Source: Octopus sinensis
Lineage: Eukaryota
Direction: 5' to 3'
Assembly: GCF_006345805.1 (NCBI RefSeq)
Contig: NC_043011.1
Span: 4,464,001 to 4,528,000 of the forward strand
Length of the DNA: 64,000 nt
The stretch's first letter is position 1. Each line of letters begins with the position of its first letter. The translations under genes were made by a program, and so were the position numbers. The notes below the pieces were generated by a model. The model searched no databases and was not told where the DNA came from. It worked only from the letters and a program-made list of their open reading frames with translations. Shown piece by piece: positions 13,895 through 27,743 of the stretch.

Positions 13895-15924
13895 TAATAA
13901 TGATGCAGTACCAATGCCCTGATGCAATATAACTGCCCTGATGCAGTACCAGGCAGTGGCTCTCGTGGTTTCTGATCTTAACTGATTGGAAGTGTTATCA
14001 TGTACATTGTTTTGTCTTGGTATAAAAGATGGGCTACAGCAAATATTCTGCTCAATACCACAGATTTTCTTGTCGGTTGTTTGACCATAACCAGTTGACC
14101 ATGTCCTTTAGTGGCTGACGATATGTGCATCTCTGATCACGAGCAGAAGTAGTGGGGGAGCATCATAGCCATAATAATAATAAGAATAATAGTAATAATA
14201 ATGACGCCGACGCCGGTGACAAATATGGGCATGGAAATAAATAAAATTGATACAAAACTTGAAACAAGATATGATTTAAAGAAATAAGACTTGTAAGGTT
14301 TTGTGACTGGATTGAGTTATGGCACTCCACTTTCCCCTTAACCATTTCTTAAATTGTGTTCAAGTACAGTTGAATGCTCCATTATGCATATTCAGAGACA
14401 TTTGGTGATGAGCAAAACCATCATTTTGAGGGTATTCTCTTTGAAGTTTGGTAAAATGCTTTAATTTTACTTGTCATTTATCTTTTGCTTGTTGTTTACG
14501 TTAATTGTTATTGTGTCATTTTAACTTCTTGAGAGAATACGTGACACGATAGTTACATCATGAACTCCAAATGATAAAAGAATGCTAAATTCTTCAATCT
14601 AACAATTGACCATCTGTTGTTAGGGATTATATCATTACATGTTCTACCCATCTTTTTAGACTGTGTATCTTTAGAAACATGTCAGCATTAATATTGTCTC
14701 AAAATGGGACAAACACTGCAAAACCAAATTTCCTGTGAAATATCATTTACATCATCTTGATTCTATATTGAAGCTCCTTTTTTTTCTTCTTCCATGAAAC
14801 CACTAATATCATAACTTTTGCCATCTTCATTAAGTTATTGGACCTTTTGAGCCTTGTCAAAATGAAACCAATACCGTCATGGTTTGAACAATGAAACTAA
14901 TAGAGGTGGTGGAACATTCAGCTAAATATTGTACTTATCTTTCAAATCCACATATCAAAAAGGTAGATGCAATATTTCAGTCTCCAGAGTTCAACAACAT
15001 AAATATTAGTAATATTCTGGAATCAATTAAATCAAATATTCCTCATCTACCTGACAAAAGTAAATAAATAAATATACAAATATAAAATAGTGGTTTTGTG
15101 CTGGATGGGAAAAGGAAATTAATATTGTCACATTAGTGTGACTATATGACTACATCACATAAAGCAAGTCACTTAACTCTCAAGTGCAACTCTGAAATAA
15201 TATATTGTTATCAATAGTATTCTTTTGTATTATTATCAAATCCCATATATTGAAACAAAATATGGGTTATACCATCACAGAGGATCTTTCCTGACAAATG
15301 CCAACACTTGATAAAACAAAGACTCCATTGTAAAGATTGGCCTTCTTCAGAGCCAGAAGATTATCCCTCAACAACCACTTATCCTTTACAAGGTTCACAT
15401 GGGACTCATACTGGCAAATTGTTCCCACGCCTATGACAGTGCTGCTGCTAAACATTCAAGCACCAGAGATTGCATCCAAAAAGGCCAGGCAACTGATTGG
15501 CATGTAGTTACTCACCAACACTCTCCAACTGCTGACCCACAGATATGCTATCTCCTTTCTTTAGCTTCACTACCACTACTGTAATAGGCTCTGCACCTTG
15601 AAGATTACTAGTCTTGTATCACTTTCTTACTGCAGACCCCATGCTAACCTCTACCTTTTCCTTCTGTAATTCCCTCTCTACTCATATTTTTCTAGTTACC
15701 ATTGACTTCCTGCTGTTCAAAAGGAATCATAACCATATCGATCTATTCACTCACTCTTATCACTTCTCAACAGACTAACCTTACAAACAGTAGAGTAGTT
15801 GCTATCATGCTACCTTTCTGAACATGCACCACTCCATCAGTCTCACTGGAACTATAATGTTGTGAGATTTCTCTGTAGACTAGCTCTCTAGTCAGACACC
15901 TAACCATAGAATAACTTGTTTACA

Positions 15925-16135
15925 CATTGCATCTTTCTATCCGCTCAGTCGAAGCCGACTCTCAGTCACTCGTTGGATCAGTGTCCTCCAGTCAGTTCTA
16001 TCCTGGGCCACTTCCTTCAGATTGGCCATGTCCATTCCGGTATCACTCCTGATGGTGTCAAGCCAGCGGGTTCTTGGTCGGCCTCTTCCTCTCTTGCCAC
16101 TGACACATTGCATACTGCATCCTAAGCAGTTGAGA
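15925..16135 (-). mobile_element. BovB-like RTE 3' end; further degraded RTE endonuclease/linker sequence at ~15260-15910(-)
   Basis: Minus strand reads GKRGRGRPRTRWLDTIRSDTGMDMANLKEVAQDRTDWRTLIQRVTESRLRLSG*. Confidence 0.75.
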
Positions 16136-16689
16136 GTACAAGAAACTGAACTTTTCAGTTGTTAACAAATCCAAACTATATCTTTGCTTGCGCTAACCAG
16201 CTTTACTCATTATATTTTGGAATATGTAACTTAATACCCATTGAGATTGCATTATTGTTAAATACCACATGTTTATTACTAAATGCTACAAACAATTACA
16301 TACACCAATGGTAATTTTGGGCACAGTTTATCAAGCTTCACATGATTTTTATTTGGGGATAACATTTTTCAGCCTAGTTTACATTAAATTAAGTGCAGTT
16401 TTGTTGAGCACTCCCTCTGCTAAATGATAGAAAGAAAAAAAACTAGTAATTATATTATTGATTTCATGAGCATCCTAGTTTTAGAATATGTGTCACATCT
16501 TTGTGTATCATAAGAGACAATTAAGGGAGTGATTATAGGGAGGGCATTCTGCCATAAAACAATGTTTCACAGAAAAAAAAATATCTGTCATATAGAAAAA
16601 AGAATGTTAAGTGCTCACAATGATGAGTTGTACTCAGTGTAAGCTATAAACGAATAAGAGATGAAGTGAAACCAAAAACAGGCCAACCG

Positions 16690-16910
16690 AGAAGTTAAGG
16701 TTTGTATGCGGCAGATGAACTGAAGCAAATATGTGCCATGGAAATAAATTCTCTAAAATGTTTTGATGGTTCATTAGAAGTAGCAAAGAGTTTCTGTTAT
16801 CGAGGAGATATAATTGGTAGGAGTTGTGGTCATTCAGAAAGTATTGTAGGCAGAGTAAGAACAGGTTGGAGAAAGTTCAGGGAGCCGTTAGTACTGTTAT
16901 CAATAAAGCT
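16690..16910 (+). mobile_element. Degraded RTE RT/thumb fragment; another RT relic at ~21360-21590(+)
   Basis: FVCGR...LEVAKSFCYRGD...ESIVGRVRTGWRKFRE parallels FVCGRC...[12 protein letters not shown]...[11 protein letters not shown] at 56590-56780. Confidence 0.7.
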
Positions 16911-17782
16911 GTTATTTCAGAGTGACGGTCTCTTTGCATGATAATTGTGTTAGAAATACTGCCATTGCCCCCTTTCGTATTCCCCTTCTTGGTCTATGTG
17001 TATTGGGTTACTGAGTATGCTTGTATTGGTACCATGAAAAAATGCACCCAGTATACTCTGTAAAGTGGTTTGTGATAGGAAGAGTATCCAACCAAAGAAA
17101 TCTTGCCAAATGACTTGTATAGGAGCAGTAGCTCCCAATAAGACGTGATGATGATGATGAATTGTTTCAAATATTGTAGAGCCATTGTTATAAACAGTGT
17201 ACAGGAGTTGTAGTAGACATTGTACAAGAATTTTGGCAAGTATTGTACCCATAATTAAAATTTTATATCAATTTTTTTCTCACATTGTATTAAAATGTTT
17301 CCTTGAAAAGAGTGTGTTTTAAGGTGCTATCTTTATGATAAAGATTTGCTGATTTGCATAAGTTACCCATGGCATTTGCTATTAAAAACTTATGCTTTTG
17401 GCTTCTCATAAACACAGCAGTATTCTGTCCATGAATTACAATAACCTAAATACCTGAAATGACGTTAAGATATAAGAATATTGATTTCAAATTTTGGCAC
17501 AAGGCCAACGATTTCTTGGGAAGTCAGGTAAGTTGGTTACATTGAACTCCAGTGCTCAACAGGTACTTATTTTATAGAGGCCCCAAAAGGATGAAAGGTA
17601 AGATCTACCTCAGTGGAATTTGAACTCAGTATGTGAAGACGAATGAAATACTGCTAAGTGTGCCAGCTTAAGATAGAAAATACAAGAATATTATTACAGA
17701 TTTCCTCTTAAATTACAGATATTTTCTTACTTGTCTGTTTTGACAGTTTTTTTTTCTAATTTACCATTTTGCTCCTTTCCAG

Positions 17783-17914
17783 GAACATATGAAAGAATTG
17801 TATGAACGTGGTGTTGCATATCTAAATGTGGATTATGCTCTTGACTTTTACGAAAAACTCTCTATAAATACAAGCCCATTGCTGCAAGATGTTATGTATA
17901 AAAGTGCCAAAAAG
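17783..17914 (+). CDS. Peptidase exon: [44 protein letters not shown] (contains the Zn-ligand Asp equivalent to GCPII D453)
   Basis: Acceptor cctttccag, donor AAG|gtgagc, phase 0-0, 132 nt; resembles human ENSRLLQERGVAYINADSS... Confidence 0.92.
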
Positions 17915-18836
17915 GTGAGCAGTTTTGTTTTTTTTTAAATCTTAACTAAAATTGTAAGAAATATGTTTTCATGTTAGTGATTATTCTTTCAACATAAAAA
18001 TATTCATAACAACTTTGCCTTTTTTTCATTAATGATGATCTACATAACTAAAAACATAACACTGATCACATGACCTAATACAGCAGTTACTGATGTTGAT
18101 TTTTAATAAGTTATTATATTGTTGTTGTCATGTTTCATCATCATCAACATATGATATTTATTTTCCATGCTGGGATGGGTTGGATGGATTGACAGAACCT
18201 GGCAAGGCCAGGGGCTGCTCCAGGTCCTGTAGTTTGTTTTGGTCTGGTTTCTACTGTTAGATGCCCATCCTATAGAGGCCCTTCCTAATGCCAACCACTT
18301 TGCAGACTGGACAGATGTTCTTTTATGTGGCATCATCACCAATGATTTTTATGCGGCATCAGTACACACATCAATGCTTTTGTGTGTGGCACCTTGATTT
18401 TAGGATCTCCATGCTGTTGTGGTGGGCAGGTCTTCTTGAATACAGCAATGCACCACATATCCCAGTCCTGTCATCTCTTTCATGTTCCTTGATCTAAAAT
18501 GCTGTCACCCTTCTCCAAAACATTTGCATTTAGTTAATTCCTACACTAAAATCCAACAAAGAATTTACCACCTCAGCTGTATTCCCATTGCTTATAACAA
18601 TGTACTTTGCCATGAAATCCAGCCTCAAGAAAATAAACAAGAGACTGAAATAGATCTATTCAACAGGCGCAGGAGTGGCTGTGTGGTAAGCAGCTTGCTA
18701 ACCAGCCACATGGTTACAGGTTCAGTCCCACTGCGTGGCATCAAGGGCAAGTGTCTTCTGCTTTAGCCCCGGGCCGACCAATGCATTGTGAGTGAATTTG
18801 GTAGACGGAAACTGAAAGAAGCCTGTCGTATATATG

Positions 18837-18876
<40 letters not shown>

Positions 18877-19940
18877 CGTGTTTGTGTGTCTTTGTTTGTT
18901 CCCCTAGCATTGCTTGACAACCGATGCTGGTGTGTTTACGTCCCCGTCACTTAGTGGTTCGGCAAAAAGAGACCGATAGAATAAGTACTGGGCTTACAAA
19001 AAGAATAAGTCCTGGGGTCGAGTTGCTCGACTAAAGGCGGTGCTCCAGCATGGCCACAGTCAAATGACTGAAACAAGTAAAAGAGTAAAAGAGTATCCAT
19101 AGCATCCTTTCCCACTACCCTGAAGAGATCAATTTTATTATCAACCACTTGCTCACAGATACTTTGTTTTTTTACACTCCATCATGTATTGCTATTACAA
19201 TAGATTTTCCTCCTCTGAACAAGGAAGCTGTTTATTACTTCCATCCATAGCCACCCTATGCACTGTCTTCTCCACCCATCATCTCTACGGCATCTTATCC
19301 TCCTAAAAGAATATTATGTACTTTTCTCAATACTCCCCTTCTGAAGTTCCGTTCCACTGGAGCTCTTAACCCTCCCTATATTTACCCCACCAGCATTAAT
19401 TTTCATTGATCTCACCAGTCTGGTGCGATCTCTAAAAAATCATGGACAATGTTTCTACTTCAACTAAATGATATTAAAAAAGTCCTAGAGGCTATTATTT
19501 TTTTCCTTTATACTTTCATTGTGTTTCCTATCCTTGAATTGTGTAGTCTGGATGACCTTGCCAGGGGTTTAATCTCATACTGGTATTCTTTTTGAGTCTT
19601 AAAATACACAAGCTGCACCATGTTGATAAATCAGTATGCATACTGCATTCTGCTGATAAAGCAGTGCATATGCAGGAGAGAATTGCAGAAGCTGTTTGAC
19701 TTGGAAATTCAGCATTCAACAGAAAAGATTTTACTTGATTTCTATTGATCAAATTGATAATCTTGTTTTTCTTTCCATTTCCCTTTCTACAACCACTTTT
19801 CCATACTTTTGTGAGGGATAGTTTATTCATTAGAGCCATTGATTTATGGTTGTGTACCCTTTCCAACTGCTAACCACTTAACCATGAAGTAGAAGCATAG
19901 TGAGGGTTTTTTTTCTTCATTCTTGCAACTTGTAGGGTCT

Positions 19941-19977
<37 letters not shown>

Positions 19978-22900
19978 ATCCAAACATGAAAGCACACAAA
20001 AAAAAAACACAACGCGAGGATGTGGAACAAATAGGGTTTAACGTTTCGAACGGAGCTCTTCGTCGGAAACATAGGAGAAGGGAAGACAGAGGAAAAAAAT
20101 CGCCAATGGTACACACGAGGTCACACTTTGAAAGACCCACATATATATATATATAATATATATATATATATAGTTAATCCAAACATGAAAGCACACAAAA
20201 AAAAAACACAACGCGAGGATGTGGAACAAATAGGGTTTAACGTTTCGAACGGAGCTCTTCGTCGGAAACATAGGAGAAGGGAAGACAGAGGAAAAAAATC
20301 GCCAATGGTACACACGAGGTCACACTTTGAAAGACCCACATATATATATATATATATATATATACAATATAGTGAGTTAAAAGACATCAATTAACTGAGA
20401 ATATCTATGCAATTCATCATCATTTAATGTCCGCTTTCCCTGCTAGCATGGGATGGATGGTTTGACTGGAATAAACCATCTCATTGTCTGTTTCAGCATA
20501 TTTTCTGCTGCTGAATGCCCTTCCTAATGCCACCCATTTTACAGAGTGTAACAGGTACTTTTACATGGCTCCAGCATGGGCACTCTTCAGCTTTTGTGTC
20601 GTTTGTCAGTCCCTGCCAAAAAGCATTGAGGACTTGTGGCTCCACCGTTAGCCACAGTGAGATACTAAAAATTCATTGTAGCATCCTTTGCTCAAGCATG
20701 TGCATGGGGCCCTCTCTTGGGGTAGGGCACAATTTGCACAAATCTGTCTAATTGGCTTCAAACTGGCCCTGGGTAGAAGTGACGTTAAGTGTTAGGTGTA
20801 TGTAGCATGAAGAAAAGTTCATGGTAAGAGTTTTGTAAACATTTGATGTGAGGATCAGAGGTGTGAGCTGATTCAGTTGCAAGCCTTGTGTCAACAGGAA
20901 TTACAATGTTGCTAGAGAAAAATATATATATAGAATGATAGCAGCAGCACACTTGCTGTCATGAGCACTGAGAAGAAAGTGCCATCGAAATGTGAATATG
21001 GAAGGTTGCTGAAGTCCAGGAAATGCATTTGAGGTAGAGAGGCTACATCAAAGGGTCAAATATTGAAGTTAACCACTATGCCTCCAAATGTACAATCATA
21101 GATATGAAGATAGGGAAAGAAGCTGGGTCATTAAAGATAGTTGGTGACATGGAAAATATCCTGCAAAATAGGGCACAGGCTATTCATTTTCCTTGTCAGT
21201 CAGGTAATATAGCCAGTTATTGGCTCAGCAATATCACCAGCTGATTCTTTGGAAATAAAAGTTATAGGGGCAAAATGATGGGCCAGGTTGGGAATGTTGT
21301 GGAAATAGCACAAATAATTAGAATGTGAAATAGTTTTAGATATAATATAGTTCAAGTTTATGCCAGGAGGGGTTACTATTGATAATCTCTTCCTAGTGAG
21401 ACAACTACCAAATTTCTTAGGAGCAACCCACTATATCTAGCATTTGTTGACTTTGTAGAAAGCCTTTAACAGACTGTGCTTAGTAAGCTGGTGGTCACTA
21501 AGAAAACTAGTTGTAATTTAATGGTTTGTAAGATCCATGCAAGCCATAAACAGAATTGTTATCAGCAATGTCAGAGTTAGACATGCCTGTTTACATACTT
21601 TCAATGGCATATATAAAAGTAGGTAAATCAGTACAATTTTTTACATGGTCAAGATGCTAGCAAAAAAAAAAAACACGTACATATAATTGTTTCAATGTAC
21701 AAACAAGACAAAGGAAATATGTTTGCATGTGGGTGTGTATATGTGTGCAATATATATTCCTAAATTCATTGAGACAACAAATCCACAAAACTACAGACTC
21801 ATAACATGTCTCCCTCCAACCTACAAAACCTTTAACTGCAACAATATCACAGAGAATGGGCAGACATTTAGAAGAAAAACAACTTGTTTCCAAAAGAGCA
21901 GAAGAGCAGAAGTTCGTATGGCTGTAAAGATCAGTTATTGAAGACAGAAAGAAAAAGAAGGGTCTAAGCATGGATTGGATCAATTACTGAAAGGCTTTGA
22001 CAGTATTCCCCACACATGGATCCTGGAAACATTAGCCACAGACAAAGTAGCACCAACAATATTCACATACAAAACATGCCATGAATAAATGGCAAACAGT
22101 GTTGCAGCTGCAGACAAAAGAGGGAATCATAAAAAGCAAAGCCATCCCCATTAGAAGAGGAATATTCCAATAAGAATTGCTCCCTCCACTCCTTTTCTGC
22201 CTGGAACTGTGCCTTTAACTGACATGCTGAGCAGAATTGGATGTGGCTACTACTGCTATGGTAAAACAATCGACCCTCTTTTATATATGGATGATCTAAA
22301 ACTGTATACTGCAAATGATAACTGGAAACATTACTATAGACAGTACATACATTTACCAAAGAAATAATATGAAGTTCAGCTTAGAAAAATGCGCAGAAGC
22401 AACATTGAAAAGAGGAAAACTAGTTAAAAATAAAAACACTACACTAAATAAAGCAAATGAAATAAGAGAATTAGACCAAACCCAAACATACAAATACTTA
22501 GGAATCAATGAACTAAATACAGTACAGCATACTCAAAATGAAAGAGAAGATAAGGAAGGAATACTATAGACAAGTTAGATAAATACTTAAAGCAGAGCTC
22601 AATGCAAAAAACAAGATAATAGGTATCAATATTCTAACTGTCCCAGGTATAAGTTACAGTTAATTGGACACTGGATAAACTAACCAAACTAGGCAGGAAA
22701 ACAAGAAAAATAATTATGGAATGCTCCACCCAAAATACCATGATGAAATGATAACAGGAAAAGCCCTTACATGGCAAATACTGGGTTAAGCTAAACAGAA
22801 ATGAAATAGACAAAATAAATCCCAACAATTGTTGAGAAGCTCAGGCCTAAAAGCAGACACTGAAGGATTTTTAATTGTGGCACAAGATCAAAGCCTCTCC

Positions 22901-25900
22901 ATCAGAAACACATAATGAAGAAAAAAAGTAACTGCAGAATATGTGGTTATGGGGAAGAAACAATAAATCATATTGTCTCTGGCTACACAGTCCTGGTTGA
23001 GAAGAAAAATATCCACACACTTGACAGAGTTGGGACCTATATACACTTGAAGCTATACCAGCACTGTGGAATGACAACAGAAAATAGGTGGTTTAGACAT
23101 ATCCCAGAAAAGGTCTCAGAAAATGACAAAGCGATCATACTCTAGGATACATCAATACACACAGAAAGAGAGAGATCTAAGCTAATAGACCAGATATAGT
23201 TGTTAGAGATCATCAATAAAAAAAAAACTTTCTAATTGACATATCAATTCCAACAAATGACAGTGTATCTCTAAAAGAAACAGAGAAACTCTCAAAATAC
23301 AAAGATCTGGAAATAGAGATGTGGACCCTAAAAACTGAAACAATCCCTATGATAATAGATGCACAATGTATGATTAAAAAAACATTCAGACACATAACCA
23401 AAGTATACAGAAAATAGCACTACTAGGCACTGCATACATCCTACATAACACACTTTCAATACAGTGAAAATAACAACAGCAGAACAAATTGCAGCACATA
23501 TCCAAGGCACTGAGAGCTGCGCTCAGTGGTGCAGTGAAAGCACATGATGAAAATAAGACTACTGAATAACAATGATAATAATAATAGTAATAACAACAAC
23601 AATAATAATAATGTTATCATCCAATATTGCCAGCTATAGTATTGTTTCTGAACATAAAAGAACAGAGAAGATTAACAGTGTTAATATTGACTGAAGTTCA
23701 ATATTATTGGCATATACGAGTGAACAACAAATCAATAACAATACCTGTAACTTAGTTTTTGCCACTTTATACTTTAGTATGAAAGAGTTCAATAAATCAA
23801 ACAAAGTTCCTGATTTGTTTTCATGTCTTGAAAGAATATCACATTGGAGATTTAATATCCAGTATATATATATATATATATATCTTATGAGAGAGATTGT
23901 AGTACTGGAGGTTTAATGTTTGATGAGGAATCCAATGCGAAGGCCTTAAATTAGTTGCTTAGTTTCCGAGGAGGTAAGTAAATGGCTTGCCAGAAACTAA
24001 AGTGCTGGGGTTCAAGACCAGGCTGAGCCACTTTACTTCACATATTTCTCATATTTGTTATACATCGAGTGAACCTTTGCATACTCACTCAACCAAATAG
24101 GAAATGCAGCTAAATTCCCTAAAATCAACCAACAGTGTAGGCGCAGGAGTGGCTGTGTGGTAAGTAGCTTGCTAACCAACCACATGGTTCCGGGTTCAGT
24201 CCCACTGCGTGGCATCTTGGGCAAGTGTCTTCTGCTATAGCCCCAGGCCGACCAATGCCTTGTGAGTGGATTTGGTAGACGGAAACTGAAAGAAGCCTGT
24301 CGTATATATGTATATATATATCTATGTGCGTGTGTGTTTGCGTGTCTGAGTTTGTCCCCTTAGCATTGCTTGACAACCGATACTGGTGTGTTTACATCCC
24401 CGTCACTTAGCGGTTCGGCAAAAGAGACCGATAAAATAAGTACTGGGCTTACAAAGAATAAGTCCCGGGGTCGATTTGCTCGACTAAAGGCAGTGCTCCA
24501 GCATGGCCGCAGTCAAATGACTGAAACAAGTAAAAGAACGGAACAACATTTTGGATATCATAGCTCTAGATATACAAAAATATGCAAAAGTTCACTGCCA
24601 GAAAACTTTAGATCTGTTCAATAAGAGACCTGAACAACAGTTGTGATTTAGTTATTAATGTCGACAGTAGTAACCTGGAGACAATGAGTAGTGTCTGCTC
24701 AGTCAACCTACCCTTGATACACAATATGATGGCACAGCTTTCACTAGTTTGACTTAGTGATGCATTAATGAGTAAGGAACATTTCTAGATAGTGAGGTAG
24801 CAGTGACAAACTGTTTGCATATCCCACTTCTTACCTGAGTATAACTCTGTAGATATAAATCTGCCTAAGTCCACCCCTGGTTCTGCAATAGAAAACTTTC
24901 TGTTCTAAAGAATTCATTGAGAATATGGTTATGAAAGGTTTAAATGCCACTTCCAAGATTATTAAGACATGCCTCAGTAATGTTTTGTTTTGTTCTTGTT
25001 TCTCTCCACCTTCATTCATAACTGGCCATAGGTTGCCAGTGCAGATGTGACAGACTCTGTTATAGAAGTTACGTCTGTGGGGTCATTCATCTATTGGCAT
25101 TACTGGACACCTTTCTGAATGCCTGCTTTTCTTCTGCAACATCTATCAGCTTCTCTTCTTATCTCTTGAGGTACCAGTTTAAGATACCCCACAATCTCAT
25201 CCAGTACTGCAAATGTACGGTGAGCTGGTAGAAACGTTATCACGCCAGGCGAAATGCGTAGCCATATTTCATCTGGCATTACGTTCTGAGTTCAAATTCC
25301 ACCGAGGTCAACTTTACCTTTCATCCTTTCGGGGTTGATAAATTAAGTACCAGTTATGCACTGGGGTTGATGTAATCGACTTAATCCGTTTGTCTGTCCC
25401 CTCTGTGTTTAGCGCCCCTTGTGGGTAGTAAAGAAATAACTACAAATATACTACAGTCAAGTTCATCACTAATGCTGTATTTTATCCTTTCTTCAGTTAA
25501 CAAATGTGTGTGTAGCATTGTACTAAGGTGCAAAATCAATATTAGACAAGTGCATTGCTTTATAGTTTTATACACTGGAGAGATTATCACATGCTGGTTT
25601 GATATTTCTTGAGATATATTAGTATTTGTAGAGCATATCAGATACTTGAGATTTATATTAGACATGTGTCATGCTTAGCTTTTGCATTTAGAAAGAACCT
25701 GGTGCTTAGATATGCTGAAAGAATCATCCCACTGAATAAGCTTCTGCTCCGCGAGTGGAAGTTCTCCATGTAAAATAATATCAGAAGAGAGTTATATGTG
25801 ATAGACTAGCATCCTGTCCATGGGGAAATTTGTCTCTCTTTCACTTAGTGCTGTAAAATTTAACTGTAAACATCAACTGTAGAGAAATTTATGGTTCAGT

Positions 25901-26258
25901 AAAGGATTAGCTAACACGCTAGCTTAACAAATAATATGCTGCAAGATTGAGCTGTAGTTTTTCTAGTTCCGACTTGTTCCCTCTTAAAATAATATCAAAC
26001 TTACAGAAGTAGAAGTATCAGTATTATCATGTTATGCAATATAACTCTTACTCTTTACTCTTTTACTTGTTTCAGTCATTTGACTGCGGCCATGCTGGAG
26101 CACCGCCTTTAGTTGAGCAAATCGACCCCGGGACTTATTCTTTGTAAGCCCAGTACTTTTTCTATCGGTCTCTTTTGCCGAACCGCTAAGTGACGGGGAC
26201 GTAAACACACCAGCATCGGTTGTCAAGCAATGCTAGGGGGACAAACACAGACACACAA

Positions 26259-26311
<53 letters not shown>

Positions 26312-27378
26312 TACGACAGGCTTCTTTCAGTTTCCATCTACCAAATCCACTCACAAGGCATTGGTAGGCCCGGGGCTATAGCAGAAGACACTTGCCCAAG
26401 ATGCCACGCAGTGGGACTGAACCCGGAACCATGTGGTTGGTTATCAAGCTACTTACTACACTGCCACTCCTGCGCCTATATATATATCTTTTTTTTTGTA
26501 TACATTTAAAATGTATGAGATATAGTATTTGATATAAGTCGATGGGGGAGGCTTTAATCATAAACTTTCATTTTGTTTTTCTTTTTCTATTCTTGTCCCT
26601 CAGGTTCCCAATCCAAGCCCGCACCACAATGGTACTACTTTGTATGATAATTGGAAGCACCAGTACCCTGAAGGAGATGAGCCAAAGTAAGTTTTATTAT
26701 TATTGGTATTGACAGTACACTTAGAGCATCGGTAAAATGCTTTTGCAGTATTTAGTCCAGCTTTTTATGTCCTGAGTTCAAATTCTTATATGGTCAGTTT
26801 TGCCTTTCATCTTTACTGGGTCAATAAAATTTTGCCTTTCATTCCAAGCATTTACTGAAGGTGGTGGTACTGTCTAACTCAATCCCCTTCAACACTGCTG
26901 GCCTTGTGCCTGAATTTAGAAACAATTAATATTGGAGTGGCAGAATCATTAAATCATTGGACAAAATTCCATGAGGTATTTTGCTGCTGCTCTTTACAGT
27001 TCAAACCCCACTGGTTCAACTTTTTCTTTCATCTCTCCACAGATGATAAAATAAAGTACCAGTCAAAGAGTGAGTTTGATTTAATCAACTAACTCCTATT
27101 TCCCATTAATTTCTAGCCTTGCATTTAGAGAGAGCGCACAACTAGAAATTTGGTGGAAGAAGTTAGTTGATTAATATTCACTAGCAGTAACCATGGAAAT
27201 TCCTGGATATTTTGAAAATTGAATGAGGATATAACATATTTTTCTGAAACATTTGATTCTTGAGAAGATGTAAAAATCCACATATTGAATTTAAGAGACA
27301 ATCAATCAGTCTACCTACCTACCTACCTACCTACCTACCTACCTACCTACCTATCTATCTATCTACCTACCTACCTAC

Positions 27379-27440
<62 letters not shown>

Positions 27441-27688
27441 CTCGTCGTTGTTTAGCGTCCGCTTTCCATGCTGGCATGGGTTGGACGGTGCAACTGGGGT
27501 CTGGGATGCCTGAAGGCTGCACCAGGCTCAGTCTGATCTGGCAATGTTTCTACGGCTGGATGTCCTTCCTAACACCAACCACTCCATGAGTGTAGTGGGT
27601 GCTTTTTACGTGCCACTGGCACAGGTGCCAGACGAGGCTGGCAAACAGCCACGATTGGATGGTGCTTTTTACGTACCACTGACACGTA

Positions 27689-27743
<55 letters not shown>

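Noticed and set aside
1-17782. Expected upstream exon with the catalytic W.AEE.GL.GS motif
   Set aside because: Not found by eye; probably upstream of the window, though a missed exon cannot be excluded without TBLASTN
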